A stretch of 64,000 nt of DNA, from positions 19,344,001-19,408,000 of the forward strand of contig CATNEN010000001.1 of assembly GCA_950097015.1 (NCBI GenBank), given 5' to 3'. A program made the position numbers and the translations under genes. Shown piece after piece: positions 1 through 11,884 of the stretch. The notes under the pieces are model-generated. The model saw nothing but the letters and a program-made list of their open reading frames with translations, ran no database searches and was not told where the DNA came from. This DNA is from Macrostomum hystrix. Lineage: Eukaryota; Animalia; Platyhelminthes. The first letter of the stretch is position 1; every line of letters starts with the position of its first letter.

Positions 1-864
1 GGTTTGCCTGGTCACTTGCTGGAGCGTTGCTTCGACTTTGTTGACGATTCTAACAGGACTATGACTTCTATGCGCGCTAGCCACTTGATAGATTGTGCTC
101 GCAACTTGGGCAAGGCCGAGATGTGGGAATCTGCCCTTGCCTCTGTCCTCAGCGTCTTACCTGTTGGATCACTAGATCACACCGTCGCCACGTGCCTACT
201 CTTCGCTGTCAGTGATTTTGAGAATTGGCGGCGCTACAGCGAGTTAATGAGACCAGATGCAGCATGTTGCCTGACTGTCGACGGATTTGCCAAATATACA
301 AAGGCTTTGTCTGTTGCGAAGCGCCGCACCCAAAGATGGGTAGACGGCTCGCCGATGAGCGTATCTAGCGTTGCTATTTGCGCCTATCTAGAAATGGCCA
401 CTGGCAGGAACAGAACATTGACTAATTGGGATGATGAGATAAAAAAGCGCTGTCATGAAGTGCGAGTCATCTTGGACCTCTTGGAGGATGACGACTATCA
501 TAGACGCATGGAAGACGCGCTACTGGTACGCACCCGTGAATTAGTGCCTGGCTGCGTTCATGAAATCAGCTACAAGGAGTACGTTGCCACTAGATATCTC
601 CACATAGCATATGGTTCGAGTTGTGGCGCAAAAGCTCACACTGCTGATGGCAACCGCACTTTCCATTTAAACAAGCGCGGGCTATTCGAGTGTCTTCCTG
701 CCAGTGATATATTAACCTGGCTGGACCTAGAGCCTTCTCTATTATCTATCGGTAGCGAGAAGGGTGAGCCAGGCAAGTCACATGAGATCCTCGCTTCTAA
801 TATAGTGGCCTACGTCATTGTGGATTGTTTAGTGCTGATGGTGCTGCAACAGCCGACTATGTGA
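1..864 (+). pseudogene. Endogenous totivirus-like (Ghabrivirales) dsRNA-virus RdRp fragment, N-terminal half
   Basis: ORF 4-864 carries totivirus-type RdRp motifs in order: ATGR..NWDDEIKKR (LxGR..DW..E..R), RYLHIAYGSS (R..W...GS), LNKR, SEKGEPGKS (K.E.GK.R). It ends before the GDD motif and runs off the window edge on the left. Confidence 0.75.
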
Positions 865-1223
865 GGACGACCTGGCCTACTATACCTCAGCACATCATTC
901 AACTAATCAGGAATAGGCGTAGGCTTAGAAAGATGTATCACCAAACTAGGATAGACGAATTCAGTCTCAGCCAACGGACTTGCTACACAGATTAGGAAAG
1001 AAATCCAACAGTTTAGAGTTAACAAATTCAATAGCCTTTGCACCAAAATCACTCTAGCTAGCCTTAAATTCGACAACAATAAATTCTGGAAAGACATCCG
1101 GATAATGATGGGCACCCAGAGGCAATTAACCAAATTTCCAAATCTAGTCTATCTAGATTAGCTAGTAGCTAATCTACTAGCTAAACCACGAAGTGATAAA
1201 ATGAGGCCAGAACCCAGTACCTC

Positions 1224-1263
<40 letters not shown>

Positions 1264-1363
1264 ATTGAGGTGCGCACGCCGATTGGGTTCTGAATTTTTT
1301 GTTTATTTGATGTTTGAGGCTGCCTGAACTGAGGATCAGTATTGAAGGCTTCTTTTTTGAATA

Positions 1364-3065
1364 TGTTGCATGCTGAACTTGTATCCCAGCCCCAATGCTA
1401 ATGGACTTTTATTTGTCAGCCATCACACACTTAAGTTACGCTCTGCTCCTTTTGTCTATGTTCCGCAGCCCACAGAGATGCATCTCTGTGGATCCCCTCA
1501 GCATGTTTACATATAAAGAAAGTCTTGTTACAAATACACGCACAAAAAGGGACTTCATGTCACACTCCCATTAAGCATTACTTCGTCTCCATTGAGGTGC
1601 AAGCTACAGAAACATCAATGGCGTCGCGTAGCCTTGGCGAACTGCCTCTGGAACATGCGGCTCGCGCGCAGACTTGGCTCATCGCTTTCGAGGCGATAGC
1701 TCGCGCCAAAGGATGGGAAGACAAAAGCGACAGGAAATGCATTGCTGACAACTTCCTAGCCTGTTGCGGCCTCAGCGCTGTGGAAAAGTTACAGAATCTA
1801 ATCTCGCCGCGAGCCATTACTGATCTGGCATTCACAGAAATTCAAGATGAATTGCTGAATTATTTGCGACCCAAAGAAAAACTTACTATTGCCGAACGTG
1901 TTCGCTTCTTCTCGGTTCGACAAGCACCAAAAGATTCCATAACCGACTTCGTGAGTCGCCTACGTCAGGCTGCGAAGGACTGTAAGTTTGACGACTTAAA
2001 GACAGCTAGTAGTCCTTCTAACGAGTTAATAAATATGGCCTTAGTCTCTGGCCTCTGTGACTCTCGCGTACAGCAACGCGTGCTCGAAGCTATGCAAATC
2101 AAGCCTATGACAGTCTTGGAAATTTCTGACTTTATTCGTACTCAGGAACAGATGTCATCCTTTGTCTCGACAACTAATCAAGCTCGCCCGATCGCCGAAA
2201 GCGCCTCTCCCCCTCAGCTCTCATCAGCCTTATCAGCGAATCCGGACTGCGAGTCCACAGTGCACTTTTCTCACTCGCGGCACCCCGAACAACCTCAGAA
2301 TTCAAAACACGCCAGCACTCGGCGTGTCCGTGACTGCCGCTACTGCGGGAAGTCGCATTCTGAGGGCCGGTGCCCTGCCTTTGGTAAAGACTGTTCCAAG
2401 TGCGGCAAGAAGAACCATTTTGCCAATGTATGCCGCTCGTCATCCTCTCGTCTGGTGCATTATGCCGCCAATTCAATGGATCAGGACGCAAGTCCCAACG
2501 AAAGGGCCACAGATCCCCTGATGCACATCTTCGATGCGGACTATGCGCATACTATCGGCGTTGTCACCGAGTCACATGCAACGTCTCATGACTAGGGAAT
2601 ACCGGAGCCTAAGACCGCGACCTCTCCACGTCAAAGCTTAAGAAACCGACGTGCCCCGGATCGCTTTGTACCGTGAGGCAGCCCTCAAATTGGCATCTAA
2701 AGATGACTGACAATACTGCTATGTTATACCGTTACTGATAATTCTCACCTTGTACCAGTCGCTAGTTCAAGTGCTCAAACCGTTATAACTAACCTGCTTC
2801 CGTCTCCTTTGCGTAGGGGACATGTTGCATGCTGAACTTGTATCCCAGCCCCAATGCTAATGGACTTTTATTTGTCAGCCATCACACGCTCTGCTCCTTT
2901 TGTCTATGTTCCGCAGCCCACAGAGATGCATCTCTGTGGATCCCCTCAGCATGTTTACATATAAAGAAAGTCTTGTTACAAATACACGCACAAAAAAGGG
3001 CTTCATGGCACACTCCCATTAAGCATTACTTCGTCTCCATTAAGGTGCAAGCTACAGACACATCA
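1364..3065 (+). mobile_element. Ty3/Gypsy LTR retroelement, non-autonomous gag-only derivative
   Basis: LTRs 1364-1617 and 2823-3065 (TG...CA, near identical, 11-bp indel); 5-bp TSD GAATA (1359-1363 / 3066-3070); PBS-like TGGCGTCGCG at 1619; short purine tract before the 3' LTR. Confidence 0.95.
1618..2595 (+). CDS. gag: Ty3/Gypsy Gag with tandem zinc knuckles
   Basis: ERVRFFSVRQ..DFVSRLRQAAKDCKF capsid-region motif; CRYCGKSH..CPAFGKDCSKCGKKNHFANVC knuckles; first ATG lies directly after the 5' LTR. Confidence 0.9.
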   Translation: MASRSLGELPLEHAARAQTWLIAFEAIARAKGWEDKSDRKCIADNFLACCGLSAVEKLQNLISPRAITDLAFTEIQDELLNYLRPKEKLTIAERVRFFSVRQAPKDSITDFVSRLRQAAKDCKFDDLKTASSPSNELINMALVSGLCDSRVQQRVLEAMQIKPMTVLEISDFIRTQEQMSSFVSTTNQARPIAESASPPQLSSALSANPDCESTVHFSHSRHPEQPQNSKHASTRRVRDCRYCGKSHSEGRCPAFGKDCSKCGKKNHFANVCRSSSSRLVHYAANSMDQDASPNERATDPLMHIFDADYAHTIGVVTESHATSHD

Positions 3066-5510
3066 GAATACTATATAATAGTGGTAGTCTTTCTAATTCG
3101 GACCGAGCACCATTGCTGTCAGTGTTTGTACTAACTTGCAGAATCGACATGCAGATTCTAAAATTAATTCTCTCTATAAGGTTCCGATCCCAAGTACCCA
3201 GTTTCCAGGAGACAAAAGCTCCCCAGGCCTCTGATGCCTAAATGAACTATGCTTTCAATCATAGTTGTGCTAAACAAGATGAGCTGTTTGTGTTTTACTC
3301 TCTGAAATCCCGCCAGCTTTCTCAGAAGCATTATTGGATATCCACTTTTTTATCTATTTGTATGGCATGAGTATCTATTGTACCCTTCACGTTCATGTGA
3401 AACCCAAGATATTTCCACTGCTGTACGGGTTCAACCAGTTGACCATGTAAAAACTGTATATGTGTTGCCCTTGAGTGGAGATTGCAGCTTGAAATTTCGC
3501 GCTTGAGTACATACTCTCAATGGTACTTATTATTGCTGGCTTCACGCCCAACTGCTTTAATAGTGTGACTAGGGTTGGGTGGTGCACCATGTCAAAGGCT
3601 CTTTTTAAATCAAAGAAAACTAAAGGAAAAGGTCTTTTCTTTTTCTTATTTTTATGAATTAATGTCAATAGCGTCGCAATGTGATCGGAAGTCCGGCTTT
3701 CAGGGCTTTGATGTGTGCTTCTAATTTCTCGTAAATTAATTGATGCAAACAGTCTTGCGATGGCTGGCTAGACGCTTATTGGTCTGTAGTTTTTTGGAGC
3801 ACTGCGAGACCCCTTGTTGTAGATTGGGCTTACCACGACAAAGTTAATCTACTAGCTAAATCACTAAGTGATAAAATAAGGCCAGAACCCAGTACCTCTA
3901 GAAAGTTAAAAAACAAAGTGGCCTCTATCACTAGCAACAATACCAACTTCCAGCCGCTAAACAACCCAGACCTAAACCAAATCCAATTCGAGGAAACCAA
4001 TACCTACCTCACAAAACCAACCCGAATAGCAGATGTCACCTGGGAACTAGCCCACCTTAGGTCGGGAGATTCCCCAGGCCCAGATGGTATTCCCAATATC
4101 ATCCTCAAGAAAGGTCTCAGCCCATCGTCTATCATAGTGCTCACCAAAATCCTACACAACTGTCTCAAACCAGGCTATTTCCCAAACGCCTGGAAAAAAG
4201 CCCACACCACGATGCTCTACAAACCGAACAAACCCAGAAAAGACCCGTTAGACTCATCAGCCTCACTTCCTGCCTAGGAAAAGTGTTTGAGAAAATACTA
4301 AAATGGTGGCTGCATACATTTTTAAAAGAAAATATGCTCGTAACATACTTTGACAAAACCAATGTGCCTACAGAGAGAAACAAAGCTCGTATGACAACAT
4401 AGCAAGACTTGTACACGACATTATGGAAGGAAAAACCAAAAACAGATCAACTATCGGAGTTTTCTTTGATGTGGAAGGAGCTTTTGATAAAATATGGCAT
4501 GACGCACAGCGCTATAGACTCCACAAAATCAAACTATCCATCAGACTAACCAGGATCTTTTCCGATGTTAGACCGTGAGATTGCCGTTAGAGTTAACAGT
4601 CAACTCAGTGATTACTTCACACCCGAGGCCGGTGTTCCCCAGGGTGGAGTACTCAGCTCAATCCTCTTCCTCATTGTGGTTGCCACAATGCCTAAACCCA
4701 AAGACATCAGAGTCAGAGCCAGCCAATTTGCCGACGACACTTCGATATGGTGTCAGTCACTGAAAGCTAGCATAGCTGGCAAACTCATACAGGAATTCAT
4801 TGAAGAATATCAAAAATGGCTAAGCAAATACGCTAGGTTAATCCAAACAAGAGCAAAGCCATCGCCTTCATCCACAAAACCAAAAAATTCGGACAACCCC
4901 TAAAATCACCTTCAACGGAATCATTATCAACTATCAGCATAACGTCGAATTGCTCGGAGTCACTCTTGATCCTCAACTCACACTTTCTGCTCACTGCTTC
5001 AACACTAAAAATCTGCGAGCAAAGGGTTCTGCAACTACTCAGAGTAGCTCAACTCACCAAGGCCACAACGAACTCACTCATTGCCATCTACAGAGCCTAT
5101 ATTGAAAGCACCATCACATATGGCTCACCAATTCTCACCTTGCTCAGTAAATATCACCTAGATAAACTGCAAGTCATACAAAATCGCGCTGCGTCACTGC
5201 CATGATGCTCCTAAATACTGCAAAGCTGCCTTTCTACAAAAACTTTCTCAAGTTGAACCAATTAAGACTAGAATTGATGATCTAGCTAGTAGGTGGTACC
5301 TGCGGGCTAGTGCTAACAAAATACATGGACTAGACAGCGTCACTGACATCTCGCTAGATAAAGTCAAGTAAGTCAAAAGTCATCTCACTAGATAAAAAGA
5401 CTAGAATACAACTATTTCAACAACTAAAGAAAATGAGCAATAATTAGATAGGGAATGTACAAGCCCAGACAGTTTGAAAAATTACATTGCTTACTACTTA
5501 CATGCTAAAA

Positions 5511-6129
5511 ATGTGCTGTAGTCTGCTGAGCAGCCTCCAGGCAATCTGTGGAGTCAGCGCTGCCCTGGTGCTGTGGGAGGGCTAGGGAGTAGGAAGTCTG
5601 CGGTTACCCGTGCACACTCACCTCCGCTCGCCACCCCCTCCTCTTTCTCTCTCTCGTTCCAGCTGTCTGCGCTCTGACTCGTATTGCACGCCATGGTGCA
5701 ATCGCTTCGATTCGGAAGAAAACTGGCAGATAATTGCTCAAATGCTCCTACTATAAGTAGAGCACAGTCCGACGAATACACCGGATGGAGTTAGCATTTT
5801 GGCAGCACACTTTCTCTACTTAGATTGCACATTTAGGACAGTTTTTATCAATCATTTTGTGAGTTGGAAGCTCTATTTAGAAGTCACGAAAGTGAACAAG
5901 TTTCTAGCTCTTTTTGTGTCGCGACTAAGATACGCTATTTTTGCTAAGTTAGAGGTTCCTCTAGACTTAGAGAATTCCCGATCCCTGAGTTAAAGCCCCA
6001 GCGAGGAAATTTGGCAATCCCAAGCCTGACTACCTGGTTGCTCCACTGCTAAGAAGCATTAGTGTTGAGGTCGGTAAAGCCCTTTCTGAAATCTTAGCGT
6101 TGCTTTCTTGGTTATTTTTACCAACTAGT
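5511..6129 (+). mobile_element. LTR (family B) copy lacking its last ~30 bp
   Basis: Colinear and similar to the solo LTR at 42621-43313 (starts atgtgctgtag.ctgctgagcagcctccaggcaatctgtg). Confidence 0.8.
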
Positions 6130-6831
6130 TTGAAAATCACCTAAAACATGTGAAAATCGACCAAAAACAGGTGGTCAAAAAACAAAAACAAAAATGGTCT
6201 GAAAACAGCAATATTAGTGAATTTTTAAAACTTTCAAAACATGTTCATGATTTCGTGACTAAAACGATGAGAATGTTAGATTCGCGGGGGAATATAACCT
6301 ATTTTCAGGTATGCACAGTTTCAAAGTGTTGTCAAATTTTAATTTGTTCATTTTAAAATGGCCTTCGTCGAACCAGTCCTCCTAGGTTGAATCTGACGTT
6401 TAAAAACCAATAGGTCAATGTTAACCCCCATAGCCCAATGCACACAACTAAACAACAGATATCAAAGTATAACATGCTAGAAAAAATACCATGCCCACCC
6501 CCACACTGAGTCAGCGGGGCATGTGTGAACTAGAAACTACGAACTTCCACACGTGAGTTGTTTTCTATCTCTTTGAGCACTGAGTCACACTGCCCAGAAA
6601 CTGTGGGCGTTATTACCCTTTGTTATTTCACCCCTGTACGAGGTATGGCTGCTTGATGTTTCGTTCATCTGCTTCTTCATAAAAAAAGACCCAGTGACAC
6701 ACGACACAATGGGTGACTAATATACAGGACCACTAAACTGAAAGAAAAGCTTTCTATATAAAAGCCAGCACTACGCTTCATCTGGGTTTTAAGTTTTGCT
6801 GAATCTCTCTATTGAAAGTATTTCGCATAGC

Positions 6832-7665
6832 ATGAGTGATACAGAAATAGCTATAGAGAAATTAAAACAACTGCGAACTAAAAACGGTATAGCACTAAGT
6901 GAAGCTCTTACTAAGTGGAAAAGCAAGAAGTTAGCAAGTTCAAAACCCAGCTCTCCAGCTTGGAGGTAGGGGTTAAGCCAAAGGAGAAGAAGCCTAAAAG
7001 AGATAATAGTAACGATCGTGAGGAGCGTGCATTTTTTGCGAAGGCTTAGAGAGAAGCTCTCCAATTTTAGTAAGAAAGGCTTGCGAATTGATAGTCGATT
7101 ATTTACAAAACTGTTTACTGAATTAGCAAGTGATCTCGGGTCAAAGAATCTAGACCAAGTCAGGGAGCACTTTCTCAAAATTTCCAAAGCTCTTGCTGAG
7201 ATAGGGTCACTAAAGACGTTAGGAGAGTTTGAGCAGGCTAGAACAATTTCATTTTTGAGACGAACTCAAACTGAGGAAAATATTGCAGACGACTTTGGAC
7301 TAACAAGACGGAAGGTTCTTGATCACACAACGTTTTATGACAGTTGTCTAAAATTCCCAGCTCTAATATTTTCGAGCTATTGTCTATCAACAATTGTGAA
7401 GTACAAGAAAGCAATAGAGAGATTCAGTAACGAAGATGAAGAGTTTAGTGAGTATTTGAAGGTATCGCAGGAAACAGTAGACTTTATTGATCTTGATGGA
7501 AAGATCATGGAGAGGAGTGTTTCCGTGTGGTCGGTTGATGTAAGGAAGGAGCCACCAAGAGACGACGATGTATTCTCAGTTTCAACTGTGCAACTTCCGG
7601 TAAGAAACGATAGATTTTATCACATAAATTTCGTGGCAAAACTACTTAGTATTTTCGCTAATTAA
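6832..7665 (+). pseudogene. Orphan 277-codon ORF with one in-frame TAG, preceded by TATA box and AP-1-like sites
   Basis: ATG at 6832 is in frame with ORF 7018-7665; single TAG at 6967-6969; TATAAAA at 6757; TGAGTCA at 6507 and 6581. No family recognised. Confidence 0.45.
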
Positions 7666-7944
7666 TCTTTAGAGCAACGCAAGTGGCACGGCCCGCACCG
7701 AAGGTCGCTGTTATGAGGATGAAGACGATCTCATTAATAGTGTGGACTGATTCTTCTCAGGAATGCGCCACTAAACGAAGACTGAGAAGTTTCATTACTT
7801 GTTTGCTGATTGCCAATTGCTAATTGCTGAATTAATGATGATCTACTGTGAGTAGCAGGAAGGGACATTAGCTCCCTTTTTAATATTGTGCACAAGTTTT
7901 CCACGAAGACTTCGTGGAATAATTTTAATTATTTTACAAAATAA

Positions 7945-8185
7945 GCTTAGAAACAGCATTTTGAAGCAGTGTTTCTAGCCCGTTTGAGTCAAAGTCCCTA
8001 AGAGCTAGTAACACGTAGTCATACTCCAAAGTAAGAGAAAACTAAGCAATCTGAGCCTGACTACCAGATTGTTGTCCTGCTAAGACGCATCAGTGTTGAG
8101 GCCGGATAAAAAACCCTCTCTGAATCTAGTTCCTGTCTTGGTTATTTTCACCAATTGTGTGTGCCACGCTACCACAGGTACAACA
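7945..8185 (+). mobile_element. 3' part of LTR family B
   Basis: Matches ~43075-43313 and ends gtgtgccacgctaccacaggtacaaca; the same terminus recurs at 8663-8689. Confidence 0.8.
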
Positions 8186-8662
8186 TTAACTTTTTACGAG
8201 GGTTTACATCATATTTAAAGGATACAAAGATGGCAAGTGGCATGTTAAAGATGTTAGCGATGTTCCATGTATATGGACTTCCTTGGATGAGTTGTGGAGG
8301 GACTGTTACCCTCTCTGTAAATGATACTGTAATGTTCTTATTTAGTGACTTAAGAAACGCTGCCTCCGCAATAGGAGATAGTGTTATTGCGGGAATCAAT
8401 ATCTCGAAGGTATCAATAGTTAATTTAGCTGTCGTCCCAGCAGTTCTAAAGAAAAGTTCAGCATCATTAGTCTTTCTTGTCCATGTAAACTTATATTTAT
8501 TTCCTTTGGTGATTTTCTGCCAATCAAGGAACCCAATGAGTGGTGTGAGAGAAGTTTGATCGTTCCACCTCTGTTAGGAGCAGTGGTAACATTATTGTAA
8601 TTTTCAAGTATCCTAATGTAACCAGAATTCAAATCTTTCTTGTTGAGTCTATCTGTCATACA
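8186..8662 (-). pseudogene. Polinton/Maverick (adintovirus-like) double-jelly-roll major capsid protein fragment
   Basis: Manual minus-strand translation across one frameshift: NSGYIRIL..GTIKL/ PLIGFLDWQKITKGNKYKFTWTRKTNDAELFFRTAGTTAKLTIDTFEILIPAITLS..VSFTER..YTWNIANIFNMPLAIFVSFK. This follows the Polinton MCP pattern N.GF..R..PL..GF..Y.K...G.KH.L...R..D..AIF..P......F......W.......P..I...F. Confidence 0.7.
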
Positions 8663-10719
8663 GTGTGTCACGCTACCACAGGTACAACAGTAGTAACTTT
8701 TTATTTTTATTTTCATTTGAATATTTATTGACATATCTGAACCCAAGCTAAAAAAACTAAATGAAACCCAAACCTATCTTTCATCCCGCAGCCAGGTGTC
8801 CTGTGAGCTGTCCTACAGGCAGAGCGCTGAGATTTCCAATGGTGTAGTTCAAGCTTAAGTTGGAGAAAGAGTTCGTCGGTTGCACCATACTTCGAAGACA
8901 TTCGTATGACACGAATCTTCTGAAGAAAGCACTTCAGAAACACATGACAAAGTTAAAGATAAAAAAAAAATAAAAAATTAACTGTTTTTTCATCGTTTTC
9001 ATAATACACAACTTCTTATCTTGGTTATCTATTTCATCTATAAAATAATATGAACTGATTGGTGGTTATGTGGTGAACATCGGCGATGAGACTATCTAAA
9101 AGACCAACTAATCGACCAGTCTGATATATAATTTCTATATCTATTCTATATTCTATATTCTATTTCTATTTCTATTTCTATATAGACTAGATATATAATA
9201 TAGTCTATACAAGTTTTATTAGGTTGAAAATACAACATTAATAAAAACGGATAAGTTGAAAAAAGTAAAGTACAAAGGACTAATAAGTTATTATACGCTT
9301 TTGTCTCGCTATCAAACCGTCCAAACTGGGTATGTAGTGCATTAAATCGTGCGTATTTTAACATAGACATATCTGCTTGGTACAGCTCGATTCTTTCGCG
9401 ATTTTTTTCTTCGTATCTGAATTTTTTCCTACGAAAATACAGTCAGACGTTTTTAGCCATAGACATAAAAACGACTGCATACAATTCATATGGGTTAATC
9501 AAAGTCTAACCGAGTGTGGGTGCATGGCCAATTCGAAACCCGAAAAGTGATGGACTAAATACTTTCTTGATTTTCAGTGTGACTACAACAGCGGGATAAC
9601 TTATACAATATTGTGTTTAATTCACTCCTAATAAAATCAGTATTCGTATACGATTATTCTGATATATTATGTTGCATACGTATTTCGCGAAACCTGAGAA
9701 TAATCCTAAAGTGACCAAGAAGTGAACTTAAAACTAAAATTGATGTAATAAAAATAGACAGTAGCGGAATCAAATCGCTTAGAATCAATATCTACAAGAG
9801 TAAAAGCGATCGCTACGTTTATATTTTTCTATCACTAATATGGAATTGAGTTGTTCACATTAAGACTCCGCGATCCCCAGCAATAGCTCCGGCAATAGAC
9901 ATTTTTAATCCTTTTTTAAACTGCTGTGCCACTTCTGAAAACAGTTTATTCTAATAAAATTGATCCCCCAAATTATGTGCCACACAACATCAGACCCTAA
10001 TAGTGGAGTCTCTTGCCGCAGGAGGGTGCGAAAGTTTGTTAATTAATTGCTGGATCATTGCTGGTTCTCCTGCTTCGTGACGTAAGGACGAAAATGCGGG
10101 CCGTTTGCTTCTTTTAAAAGTACATAACATTTTTTTTGTTCCACGCATCCCAGAGTATGTGCTATTTTGTGTACTTATGTATAATGCAAAATATTCTTTT
10201 TCCGGCTTTTTTCTTTGTCAAAATTTAGTTTTTTATTGCTGAGCATACCAGGTTGCAAAAAGCGTCGGAAATGGCAGTTTGTAAATATTTTGTCTGTATA
10301 AACACAAAATTGTTTTGTGCCACTCGATTAAGTAGGAGATCTATGAGGGCCGTACTTCTATCAGTTTGTCGTGAAGAACATACTAAAGTGAAATCCAAGC
10401 ACTTAAAATTGTAAGAAACGGGCCCTTTCAAAGTAGTTATTCCTCTCTATGGTAATTCCATGTGGGTTTGCTTTACGTTCTTTAGATTGCTTAGATAGAC
10501 GCTTGTCATTGTCTAATGTCTAGGCAAATTGTGTTAGCTACTACATACTCAATCTCTCTCAGGCTTAATCTCTCAGCAATCCTCTTGTGACGTTTTCACT
10601 TGTTGCAAGCGCCCCTATGAAGTTAAATGTATGTGGTACTAACTTGGGCCGTTAAACTAATGTCATTTAATTATCACTTCTGCGATTCCGTAAAATATTT
10701 AAAATTGTTAGAGCACTAC

Positions 10720-11281
10720 TGTAAGTAGACGTCAATGTACATCGCGCCACCCTAGCTTGTTTTCTACGCGTGTTTCAATGTTAACTACCCCGGCCAATGA
10801 GCGTGCGAGCTCTTTCTGACTCTGATTATCGGTCGCTCTGTTTATCCTGCGGGCTAGTTTATTTAACTAGGGCTCCTGGGCCCGCTCGCGCTTCACTGCC
10901 TTTTCACGACCTCTCTACCCCTCTCGTCCCGGCCACTGTTGTTGTCACTGCGACCTGTTTACCCATTGCCCTGCCTAGCGTTCGTCCTGTCGTTACTTAT
11001 CTACTGTCGATTACTGCATCATTTACATTGTCATCATAGAGCTCCTGCATCTGTCTTACTTATCCCGCTTGTCGTATGTCCGAGTGCTAATAAACAAAGC
11101 CAAAGATAAAAGTGCTACCGCTACACTAAATTACGATAACTCTAACTCTAATCGGATTGAGCCTACGCCTGACTCTGTTAATTATTTCGTCACACTGCTG
11201 CAGACCCCTGCATGTTCCTAACTAGTCTAACTTATTGTTTTCCTGCTCCCAAATGAGTTAGGCACACTCGAGGTTATTACA
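10720..11281 (+). repeat. LTR-like segment (TGTAA...TTACA)
   Basis: Terminal 5-bp inverted repeat, CCAAT box (~10793), AATAAA (~11089); no TSD found. Confidence 0.35.
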
Positions 11282-11884
11282 TTTTCAATTGTTTCTTATA
11301 TTGAAAATTATAGCTATATAGTTTTCTTCATTTTCTAGTAGCCCATCTGCTTTGTAGTAGCTAGTACTAGTAGCAGTAGTAGGGCCTATCCTAATTATTA
11401 ACATAGATTCTTTCTTTATGTTCATTCTTAGTTAGAATATATTTAAGTTTTAAATTTTGATTTTTGAATGGCCTAGACTAGTCTAGTCAATCTCTTTTTG
11501 TCTGAATAGTCTAGTAAAATACAACTGATTTTAGAAATGTAAGAATATGCCTATGTTTAAATTGTCTTAAATTGCTTTATAACTAGCTATAGAGTTGCTA
11601 TAGCCTATAACTAGGCATAGTCTAGGCTTTACAGTTTTACAGACCTACATTTTTTATAGCTAGGCCTAGCTAAAACTTATATAATATAGCTAAACAAAAC
11701 TTCAGATAAAAACATAAACAAAATGTATATCAGTTGGCTAGGTCCTTTTCTTCCCCTTCTTTCTCTTCATCTTATTTTTTCTCTGTCACCCGTTCCAGAC
11801 ATCTTGAACATTAGGTGCATATAAAATAATTGCAATCTTACTCATTGTCGTGAAACTTTACCTACCTTTTTGCCATGCCCAAGT

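Larger units (their letters stand above)
1226..3844 (-). mobile_element. Second, 5'-truncated LINE in antisense orientation with (TAA)n tail; itself interrupted by an LTR element
   Basis: Minus-strand RT motifs PIYNKGSRSAPKNYRPIS (~3770-3835) and VFFDLKRAFDMVHH (ORF 3393-3668); (att)n at 1225-1262 equals a (TAA)n 3' tail; flanked by a 56-bp direct repeat (1170-1225 / 3845-3900). Confidence 0.75.
835..5445 (+). mobile_element. Degraded non-LTR retrotransposon (LINE, jockey/I-like) ORF2, interrupted at 1226-3844
   Basis: Linker IPQHIIQLIRNRRRLRK..KFWKDI (870-1110); SPGPDGIPN..GYFPNAWK (3918-4277); FFDVEGAFDKIWH (~4460); GVPQGGVLS and QFADD (4565-4903); YRAYIES.ITYGSP and LQVIQNRA (4966-5205). 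Multiple frameshifts. Confidence 0.9.

Noticed and set aside
1525-1617. Gag N-terminal extension given by the ORF track (also 34412-34459)
   Set aside because: It uses a TTG start inside the LTR; homology between the two gags begins at the ATG overlapping the PBS.
8155-8559. 134-aa plus-strand hydrophobic ORF
   Set aside because: It is the antisense shadow of the capsid-like frame on the minus strand.
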